This document shows, in pieces, positions 37,761 to 46,247 of a stretch of 64,000 bases of DNA. The position numbers were made by a program, and so were the translations under genes. The stretch comes from an uncultured cyanobacterium. GTDB taxonomy: Bacteria > Cyanobacteriota > Cyanobacteriia > PCC-9006 > JAAUQQ01. The notes beneath the pieces are model-generated. The model worked only from the letters and a program-made list of their open reading frames with translations, was not told the origin of the DNA and ran no database searches. The number at the start of each line of letters is the position of its first letter. The first letter of the stretch is position 1. The DNA is taken from the NCBI GenBank assembly GCA_963718615.1, contig OY970368.1:2368001-2432000 (forward strand). The letters are read 5' to 3'.

Positions 37761-40109
37761 TTAACTGCGGCTGGTCGTGTTGCGCCAAATCACAATTGCG
37801 CCACTGCCCGCGATCGCCATTGCCCCCGGTACCAAGGGCAACCAACCGCTGCGCTGATGCATCACCAGCCAACAGCAGCCATAGAGCAAAAGACCACTTG
37901 CTCCTAAGCCAATAATCTGAAACTGACGTTGAGGGAAAATAAGAGCTACCCCACCGGCTAACAGGGACCAGATCAAAATCCAAAGGATTTCCTGAGGCAA
38001 AGACAAGGTCCAGATGAGCGATCGCCCTTCCATGGCAGCACTGACAATCTGACTCACCATTTGGGCTTGGAGTAGGACACCGGCTAAATCTTCTTCGCCA
38101 GTACTGTAGGGCGTTTTAGAATAGTCTTTGAAGCTTTCTGCGGTGGTGCCAATGAGGACGATGCGATCGCGAATCACTGCTGGATTAAACGCACCGGATA
38201 GCACTTGTGCTAGGGTCAGGCGATCGACAAAATCTTCAACGGAATTATGCTTTCGATAGTTCAATAGGGTTTGATAGCCCCAGGCATCGGTGCCTTGGTA
38301 GCCGCCGACATGGGCTGCTAGGGGTTGGATATGGACTTGACCGAGTTGCCAACTTTGATCCGCTTGCTCTTCCAGCATAATGCCTTGAGTGGCTAGATAG
38401 CGCAGTGCTAATTGTAAATTGATCGAAAAGTTGGCCGAACAGGAGGAGGTTGGCGGTGGGGTGAGGGCGAGCAGTTGGCGACGAATAACGCCGTCTGGAT
38501 CAACCATTAAATCGCTAAAGCCAAGGCGATCAGCGGGGAGTTCAGGGGGTGGGGCGATCGCCTCTGTTTTTTCCGTCTGAACCCGACAGACGCCGACAAA
38601 ATTATCAGTTTGAGATAGCGCTTGAGCCAGTTTAGGATAACGAGAATTTACCGGAAAATCTCGATAAATATCCAACCCAATCACGGCGGGTTGATGGGAT
38701 TGTAAAATCCCCAGCAGTTGTTCTAGGGCAGCATCGGATAACGAGCTTTGTCCTCGATCGGTTTGGGCTGCGACATCGGCTTCTGTGACAGTAACGACCA
38801 GAATTCGAGGATCGCGGTTTTCTACGGAACGCTGACCGAGCAGATGGTCGTAGGCTTGGAGTTCCAGAGGTTGAAGGAGTCCGGCGCGGCGAATCAGAAT
38901 TGTTGCACCGGTCACGAGGGTGCTGAGGGCGAAGGTGGTGGCGATCGCTCCCTTCGTCAACCGCTGAAATTTCAACCGCTGAAGCCCAAACCGCTGCACC
39001 TTAGGCGGTGCTGGAGAAACGGGTGGTGACGTTCCCAGCAGCCCCTCCCAACGGGGTGAAGCCTGGGCTAGGTTCTGAAATAATACCGGCAACCAGGTCG
39101 CGCAGGGAAATTCTTGCTCTAGGCCCTGCAATCGCTCTCTCGCTTGACGCATGGCGAGGTGCAGCGGCAACCCTTCGGTGAGCGCAACTAGAAGATACTG
39201 CAAAAAGGCTTGGGCAACTCGATCGGGTACGGGCTCGCGCATGACAATCAACTGGGGAATCTGCAAATCTGCAAACTCCCGCGCCAGTCCCAAACCATCA
39301 CAGGAATTGAAAATGGCAAGCTGCAAGCCCCGCGCAACGGCCTGACGCAATCCATATTTGAGTTCACCAATGGTCAGACTTTCCCTTGGATTAATCGCCA
39401 TTTTACCAACCGCCTCTGGACCCAGACTGGCGCTGTGCCCTGCAAAAAAGAGAATTTGCCAAGGTTCTTGCCAAAGCTGATCGGTGAGCTGACTACAGGG
39501 AGGCTCTACTAAAAACGTGACCTTCGTCTGGGGTAATGCTTCTAGAAGTTGGCGATCGCAATCAATATCAATCCCTGTGCGATCGCCCAGCAATGCCAAA
39601 ATCTTCACCCCTGGAGTCGAGCGAATTGGCTCCTCAACCCGGTCATAGTGGGGCGCACTCAAAACCGTTTCGGCTTGGGCATAGCGCTCCACCAGTTCCC
39701 ACAGATGCCAAGGCAACCGCTGGAGCTGGAGATCCTGGGTTTGGATGACGATTCTGAGGCTGTCGTTCGGCTGGAGCTTTTCGAGCCAGGTTTCCCGCAG
39801 GGGCCGAAACGATTCGCTGCGGAGCCAGGTATTGAGGCGATCGCGCAGTTGCAGGGCCGAAGTTTCACAGTCTTCACGGGTGGCAAAGCGCGATTCAGTT
39901 TTGGGTAAGGCCAGGGGGCGTCCGGCAAAGTTGAGCCGCCGATAGGTGGATTGCCAACTGTTAAAGCCTTGGCTGAGGTCCTGGACCGGCGGTAGAGAAC
40001 CCATGATCTCCGTGTGGGGTTGAGCCGCTTCCGGACCGATTTGCAGCGTCACTGAAAATCCAGTTTCCAGGCTACCCAATCCAAATTTTAGAACGACCAG
40101 CTTCTCCAT
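37761..40109 (-). CDS. CHAT-like domain - TM - CHASE2 - 3TM receptor
   Basis: MEKLVVLK start, LQRLPWHLW, FFAGHS, IFNSCDGLGLA and MREPVPD; then CHASE2 (DPRILVVTVTEAD, IGLDIYRD, IVLIGTTA) and terminal TM segments. Confidence 0.9.
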   Translation of the reverse strand: MEKLVVLKFGLGSLETGFSVTLQIGPEAAQPHTEIMGSLPPVQDLSQGFNSWQSTYRRLNFAGRPLALPKTESRFATREDCETSALQLRDRLNTWLRSESFRPLRETWLEKLQPNDSLRIVIQTQDLQLQRLPWHLWELVERYAQAETVLSAPHYDRVEEPIRSTPGVKILALLGDRTGIDIDCDRQLLEALPQTKVTFLVEPPCSQLTDQLWQEPWQILFFAGHSASLGPEAVGKMAINPRESLTIGELKYGLRQAVARGLQLAIFNSCDGLGLAREFADLQIPQLIVMREPVPDRVAQAFLQYLLVALTEGLPLHLAMRQARERLQGLEQEFPCATWLPVLFQNLAQASPRWEGLLGTSPPVSPAPPKVQRFGLQRLKFQRLTKGAIATTFALSTLVTGATILIRRAGLLQPLELQAYDHLLGQRSVENRDPRILVVTVTEADVAAQTDRGQSSLSDAALEQLLGILQSHQPAVIGLDIYRDFPVNSRYPKLAQALSQTDNFVGVCRVQTEKTEAIAPPPELPADRLGFSDLMVDPDGVIRRQLLALTPPPTSSCSANFSINLQLALRYLATQGIMLEEQADQSWQLGQVHIQPLAAHVGGYQGTDAWGYQTLLNYRKHNSVEDFVDRLTLAQVLSGAFNPAVIRDRIVLIGTTAESFKDYSKTPYSTGEEDLAGVLLQAQMVSQIVSAAMEGRSLIWTLSLPQEILWILIWSLLAGGVALIFPQRQFQIIGLGASGLLLYGCCWLVMHQRSGWLPLVPGAMAIAGSGAIVIWRNTTSRS

Positions 40110-40200
40110 GCTTCCCCCGATAATTTGGCTTCCCCCGATGACTTGGCTTCCCTCGATGACTTTTGGAGCAACCTCCGGCAACCGCCCAGGCCAGAACGGC

Positions 40201-40698
40201 TTAACGCTGGACCGGCACGGCAGGAGACTCAGCCCGGTAGGTGACGCCATCGATTTGGTAGGTGGCGATCGCCCGCACCGCTCCCTGTCCAGGATAAGGG
40301 CTGGGGCTCGTGAGCTGCACCTCGACGACGGAGTTTTCTAGGGGCTTGAGGGTGAGGGTTTGGGAGGGGGCTAGGGTCATGAGGGCAGGGGTGGGGCGAT
40401 CGCCTGCGGTGACAATCTCGACTTCTTGGAGCTGCACCTCAATCGTCGCCATCTGGGGATTTTTCAGTTGCAGAAACACCGCAGCAAAACTGATGGGGCG
40501 ATCGGGATTGGGTGGTTCCCCCAGGGGAGGTAGCCGTTCTTCGCGGGCGACGAGGGTGAGGGCGGGGATAGAAGGGTGGGTAGAGATGGGGTTCATGGTG
40601 GAGTTGGGAGGGGGTGGGGTGGATTGGGATTGGGAGGGGAGGCTACAGCTCAGGAGGGCTAAAGCGAGCAGAGCGGGAGAGAGGCGTAGGATCGTCAT
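40201..40698 (-). CDS. Hypothetical lipoprotein
   Basis: Hydrophobic signal with lipobox LLSC, Pro-rich linker and a beta-rich domain. Confidence 0.65.
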   Translation of the reverse strand: MTILRLSPALLALALLSCSLPSQSQSTPPPPNSTMNPISTHPSIPALTLVAREERLPPLGEPPNPDRPISFAAVFLQLKNPQMATIEVQLQEVEIVTAGDRPTPALMTLAPSQTLTLKPLENSVVEVQLTSPSPYPGQGAVRAIATYQIDGVTYRAESPAVPVQR

Positions 40699-40710
40699 AT
40701 AGTTCACCTT

Positions 40711-40736
40711 GTAGGGACGAACTGCCGTTCGTCCCC
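40711..40736 (+). repeat. GTAG-type REP palindrome (intergenic)
   Basis: GTAGGGACGAAC-tgcc-GTTCGTCCC. Confidence 0.8.
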
Positions 40737-40770
40737 GTAGTTTAGGGTTTGTCCCTGGCAGGACCTATCT

Positions 40771-42869
40771 CTAGACGTTGCTGTATTGAACCCAGCCTTT
40801 CATGGATTGCAACTGGTCGAACGTGACATCAGCGTGGGTGTTGCCCCAGGGGTTGTGCAGGTGGAAGGTTTGGGTCCAAGGGTTGTAGGAGGAGATGGTG
40901 TAGGCGTGACTGTTGACAACACCGGGGATCGTGCCATCCACAAAGCCCACGGTCAGCATTTTGCTGGAGTTGACGAGGTTAACCAGTTCAGTCCTGGTCA
41001 TGTTCGTGGCGTTCTTGGAGGTGGTGTCGTAGCCAGAGATTTGGTTGATGACCTTATCCATCCAACCGTTAGAAATGCCTGCGTAGCTGTTGGTGCCGTC
41101 CTGGCCAATCCAACCGGCTTCGTTGAACTGGGCGTAAGCTTTTTCAGCCAGAGCTACCCAGAGTTCGTTGTCAGTTTCGTTGTAGGATCCCCCCCCCAAC
41201 CGGCGTAGACGGCGCTGCCCCCTGCATAGGTTGGTAGATAGCGATCGACTGTGACATAGTCCTTAGAGCCATCGGGCTTGTACAGACCCACGGTGAAGGT
41301 TCCATCGCCATTGTCCGTGAACATATTGTTGATCACGTAGGATTTATCCTGGGCGGCTGCGCCGAGGGCGGCGATGAAGTAGCAGTCGCCGACGCCTCCT
41401 TGATCCACATCATTGAGGCTAATACCACCTTGGAAGAGGGAACCGCTGGCGTATTTGTAGGTGGCACTGGCGGAGATGTCGGGGCGATCGCTCCCCAAGA
41501 ACCACTTACCAATCAAGCTTTCCATTTGGGTGTCGCTGCTGCCCGCATAGAGATTGCCAATGCCGGACTTGGTGTTGCCCACATGACCGTTAACAATCTT
41601 ATCGGCGAGATTTTCGACGTAACCTGGCATGTAGAGGTTATCCACCACGGCCCGCACACCACTGAGTTCTGTGCTGGTGACCGAACCATAGTCCTTGGTT
41701 TCCCGCAGAATTTCGATCATGTCCGTGCGGTTGATGCCGTCGGCGCTAAAGCTGCGGGTAATGTTGGCTAGGCTATCGTCGCCAATGTTGCGGTCGTACC
41801 AGTCACCCTCGGAGACTTTGAACCAGGCGGTGGCGCGATCGCTATCTCCCGCTCCCGAAGAAACCAAGGTGACGCCGCCATTGCCATTCACATCACCCGA
41901 AACTGTATTGGTGAGCAGGTCATACCAGAGGTTGAGGTCACGGTAGCCGCTCTTGCTGTCGATGTCGATCCGGTCATCGGCTCCGGCCAAACCGCCATCG
42001 CTGTCAAACAATTCAACGCTGATGCTGACATAGCGGCTGGTGCCATCCACGGTCTTGGTGTAGCTCCAGTTACTGGGATAAATTTCGTTGTCGTTGCTGA
42101 TCGTCCCTGTGGTTTTGGTCGAACCGTCGATGGTGATCTTGCTGTAGTAGTCGGCATTGTCCCCAAACCAGCCGGTGTCGGGGTTGTCGATCGCCTTAAT
42201 GTGGCTCAAATCCACCGTCACCTGAGGCAGCGCTGCGTAGGCTCGGAAGGCGTAGCTATTATTGCCGCTGGAGTTGGAAACTTGGGCAAAGTAGGTGCCG
42301 CTGCCCAGAACCTGGTTAATGCTTTCGTTGAGGCTACCGCTGCGGCTGGAAGACGCGAGGAGTTCACCCGCATCGAGTATGCCGTTGTTGTTGGCGTCTT
42401 TGATGAGTTTCAGATCGGCATCGCCTTCTAAGCCAGTGAGCGTCAAGGTTACGTCGCGAATGCCGCTGAGGCTAAATTTGAAAAAGTCGTTGGCATCCAC
42501 GCCCCCCACAAAGCCGTTTTGGGATTCGACCCCGATCAACGCGCCCATATCGTAGGCGGTGCCAAAGCTGTTGTTGGTGTCGTAGCCATAGAGAAGCGTG
42601 GTGTCGAAGCTGGGAAGCAGCGTAGCGGTGGTGATCAGGTTTGAACTCAATACCAGGTCATTGGCCCCGAAGTCGCTGGGCGCGTAGGCATTGGCAACAG
42701 CGGTCAAGTCTGCCAAGGTGGGCTCTGCCGCACCAACACTGGCAATCGATTGCAGCGGATCCTTGAGGCCCTCCAACGCAGAAGCCGAGTCGAGGGCTGC
42801 GCTGGGGGTCAAGGGCTGGCCTAAGGTCGAGTTATTTGGGGTGAGGAGATAGAGGGTGTTGTTAGACAT
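40771..42869 (-). pseudogene. PPC-domain calpain-like (peptidase C2) cysteine protease, frameshifted at a G9 tract
   Basis: ORF 41154..42869 has a PPC domain and QGGVGDCYF (catalytic Cys). ORF 40771..41199 has ELWVALAEKAY, SHAY and HNPWG (His, Asn). One extra G in the 41189-41197 run joins them. Confidence 0.88.
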
Positions 42870-43246
42870 CGGTTTTGGCTCTGCTTTGCATAAAGGGTTA
42901 GAGCACAGGCGATTCAGGGATGAAACCGTTTGCTCTACGGGTCTTTAGGAGCCAAATTGGGTCGGTATGCAAAAAGCCAAGAAAGTAAATAAAATTCAGG
43001 TCCGCGATCGCCCCCACCCGCACTCCCACCCGTCCCTACCCACGGCCAAACCCTCTAATTGCAAGGATTTCCAAGCCAACTCCGCCAAATTACTTACGTG
43101 ACAATTCGGAAACTGGCCTCGGCGATCATTGACAATTTCTAAAATTTTCAGGAACAATCCTGATATATACGGTTTTCTCTCTCAGGGCTTCTTTCACGTA
43201 AGTCGTACGTATTTCTGTTTTGGTTCGCCGCGAACCAACATCTACC

Positions 43247-44566
43247 ATGGCTGCTTATTCGTATCATCAGTTTGAGTCCAGCAAGGAGCAATTTTATCGC
43301 CGTCTCATTGAACTCAGAGGCACAGAGGATCCTCGGCACATCCTTGCGCTGTTCAACGGATTACTGACCCGCTCGGAGGCGGGAGACGTTCATTTAGCTC
43401 AACTGCTCGATCAGATTGTGGGGGCAACCTGGGCGACAGAAGAGTTTGCACTTTTTCTCAATCGCTGTTGTTACATCCTGATCAACCACTGGTCCGTTGA
43501 TACGGAAACGAAACGGTTTATCTATGAATTGGTAAAGCTGCTCAAGCTGGCCCCCCAGGAACCAAGAGACGATGGTCAGGGCGATCGCCTCCTGCAGTTA
43601 CTCACCCAGTTTCACCAGACCCAGCATTACAAAACCTTGGTCGAACGGGCCAAGGCCGAAACCCAAGGCTTCCGGGTTAATCCCAAGGGGCGACGGTTGG
43701 GGGAGCTGATTCATCGCTATCCCGCCTTGTATCCTAGCTATTTCCTGCGCTGGGATGATAGTGAGGCGGGGCGTCGAGCGGTGCAGGACCTTCAGCGCCG
43801 ACGGGAAACCGAGTTTGAAACTGAACTGCGGCGCTATGCCCGTCAAGTTGGTCGTCATTCGGCTTCGGGACCGTCTTTCGGCCAGGGTGCGGGGGGACCG
43901 ATCGCCAACCCCACGCTGTTGACCGATCCGCAGTTGTCCACGGCGCTGCACGAGTTCGCTGGAACGCCCCAGAAAAGCTCCCATCGCTACCGTCAATCCG
44001 CCCATGCTGCCCTGGATCATCTGTATGGGGCTCGCTCCCATCACAGCCTCAAGCAGCAGCTTGGCGAGTATTTAGTCTCGGGATTGGAGCAATATCAAAC
44101 CCATTACCAGCTCCGCGACTATGGGCGGCATCGGTTTAACCGTTGGCTGGAGGAAAAGCTCATGGGCATTCTGCCCGAGCAAGATAGCCAGCGGCCCACG
44201 GAGAAACTGCTGGTGTTGACCTGCACGGGCTTAATCGATACCTTTTTGGCCCATCCCCGTTCGCCCGGTCGCAATAGCGATCACCTGATGTTTGTCGACT
44301 TAATTACGAACATCGGTGCAACCTTGACGATTGGGCTCCTGCTCAAGATTATGTTGTTGTGCGAACGGTTCCAGGCAAATTTGGATGGTTTGCGCGATCG
44401 CGTCTCCCAACGCTTCGCCAGCCTTTTCCAACATTACGAGCACACCGAAAGCAAGGAGGTCAACTGGCTACTGCCCTGTATGGACAACCTCATGGTTGCC
44501 TCCGCGATTCACTTTGGTCCGGACGATCGCTCCATGTGGCGGGCAGTGCTCCAAACGATACGCTAA
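43247..44566 (+). CDS. Conserved cyanobacterial hypothetical protein
   Basis: Long ORF with LNRCCYILINHW, LGELIHRYP, NPTLL, FVDLITNIG..TIGLLLKI and RFASLFQHYE, which I recall from a cyanobacterial family of unknown function. Confidence 0.75.
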   Translation: MAAYSYHQFESSKEQFYRRLIELRGTEDPRHILALFNGLLTRSEAGDVHLAQLLDQIVGATWATEEFALFLNRCCYILINHWSVDTETKRFIYELVKLLKLAPQEPRDDGQGDRLLQLLTQFHQTQHYKTLVERAKAETQGFRVNPKGRRLGELIHRYPALYPSYFLRWDDSEAGRRAVQDLQRRRETEFETELRRYARQVGRHSASGPSFGQGAGGPIANPTLLTDPQLSTALHEFAGTPQKSSHRYRQSAHAALDHLYGARSHHSLKQQLGEYLVSGLEQYQTHYQLRDYGRHRFNRWLEEKLMGILPEQDSQRPTEKLLVLTCTGLIDTFLAHPRSPGRNSDHLMFVDLITNIGATLTIGLLLKIMLLCERFQANLDGLRDRVSQRFASLFQHYEHTESKEVNWLLPCMDNLMVASAIHFGPDDRSMWRAVLQTIR

Positions 44567-44570
44567 GGCC

Positions 44571-46004
44571 CTAAGGCTCTACGCAGTTCGAGTACTGGGC
44601 ACACTGGCTCAGAAATCGCTTTGGCAACTCCGGCCTTGCGCCCCAGTGAAGATGCACATAGGAGGCATGGAGATGGGGCAAGGCCCAGCCTTCGGGGCTA
44701 CCCTGGTCCGCTAAATCCGTTCCCCAGACCTGAAACAACCGTTGGCACGGTGGCTTGGTTCCTGTCAGTTCCAGTGGGGCCTGTTCCAGTCGGGAATCTT
44801 CTAGTTGGAAATCTTCTAGTCGGGAATGGTGAAACTCATGGCCCCAAACTTCGGTTCCTGCCAGCAGTAGAGGGCTGTTTTGCTGGGCGATCGCCCGTCG
44901 ATATCCCAGCGTCAGCCCCTCCATCACCGCCGTTTTCGGCAACACCCCCACCATCGGCCAAGTCTGTCCCTCAAAGTTCCGCAGCGCCGTGCAGAGATAC
45001 ATCAACCCCCCACATTCGGCATAGGTAGGGAGCCCCTGGGCAATGGCCTGGTTCACCGCTTCCCGAGCCCGAAGGTTTTCGCTCAGTTGCTGGGCAAAGA
45101 CTTCAGGAAATCCCCCACACAGATACAGCCCTTGAATCTGGGGGGGCAAGGATTCCTCTAAAGGGCTCCAAAACACCAATTCGGCCCCAAGCTGTTCCAG
45201 GATTTCGAGGTTTTCGGCGTAGTGAAAATTGAAGGCGCGATCGCGAGCCACAGCAATCCTAATCCTGGCCCTCACCCCCACATTTTGCCCATCCTTTTGC
45301 TCATCAAACCGATCCCCATGCATGGGTTTGAGTAACGGCAACAGCGCCTCCCAATCAAAGCTCGTTGCGCCAATTTCCACCAATCGCTCCACAACTGCAT
45401 CTAGCTCGGGCAGTTCATCCGTAGGAACCAGACCGAGATGGCGATCGGGCAGGCTGATTTCCTGATGCCGACGCAACACGCCCAGAATGGGTATGTCGAT
45501 CTCTGTGAGTGCAGCTTGTAAAAGTTTGAGGTGGCGATCGCTCCCCACCCGATTCAGAATTACCCCGGCAAAGCGCAGGTTAGGGTTGAGGGTGCGGTAG
45601 CCTTGGGCGATGGCGGCGACGGACCCCGAAAGACGACTGCAATCGATCACGAGGGCAATGGGTTGGTCGAGCAATTCTGCCACTTGGGCAGTACTCGCAC
45701 AATGACCGGGAGTGCCATCGAAAAGGCCCATTACCCCTTCAATCAGTACCGCATCAGCGATGTGTTGGCGAGTGTGAAAACCAGTGCAGACGGCTGCGGG
45801 GCTGGTCAGCACGGGGTCTAGATTGTAGCAAGGCCGCCCGGTGACGTAGCGGTGGAACATCGGGTCGATATAGTCGGGGCCGATTTTGAAGGATTGGATG
45901 ACCGCAGGGTGTGGCAGTCGCTGGTGACGAAGGGTTGCGAGGAGCATGAGGGTGGTGGTGGTTTTGCCACAACCGCTGCGATCGCCTGCGATAACTAGAG
46001 GCAT
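44571..46004 (-). CDS. cbiA: Cobyrinate a,c-diamide synthase
   Basis: SGCGKTT, FKIGPDYIDP, EGVMGLFDG, RHLGLVP, GGFPE, YAECGGLMYL and HEFHHS. Confidence 0.95.
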   Translation of the reverse strand: MPLVIAGDRSGCGKTTTTLMLLATLRHQRLPHPAVIQSFKIGPDYIDPMFHRYVTGRPCYNLDPVLTSPAAVCTGFHTRQHIADAVLIEGVMGLFDGTPGHCASTAQVAELLDQPIALVIDCSRLSGSVAAIAQGYRTLNPNLRFAGVILNRVGSDRHLKLLQAALTEIDIPILGVLRRHQEISLPDRHLGLVPTDELPELDAVVERLVEIGATSFDWEALLPLLKPMHGDRFDEQKDGQNVGVRARIRIAVARDRAFNFHYAENLEILEQLGAELVFWSPLEESLPPQIQGLYLCGGFPEVFAQQLSENLRAREAVNQAIAQGLPTYAECGGLMYLCTALRNFEGQTWPMVGVLPKTAVMEGLTLGYRRAIAQQNSPLLLAGTEVWGHEFHHSRLEDFQLEDSRLEQAPLELTGTKPPCQRLFQVWGTDLADQGSPEGWALPHLHASYVHLHWGARPELPKRFLSQCAQYSNCVEP

Positions 46005-46247
46005 AAAAAAACTATACAACAGTTGCTGGAGGAGAAGGTTTAACTCACGTGAGTTTTACCGAATTGAATGTTAGCTCGGTTTTGATCGGTTCACCCTGGC
46101 TAGACCCTGGCTAAACTTAACTACAACGCGATCGAAACCTCCACAAAACACTTGACAAACCTTAAATTCCGACAAGTAGCGCTCAACAATCGGGCCTAAA
46201 TCCGCTAGCCTAGGGACACTCTTTTCGAGTCAGGAGTGTTACCCCCC

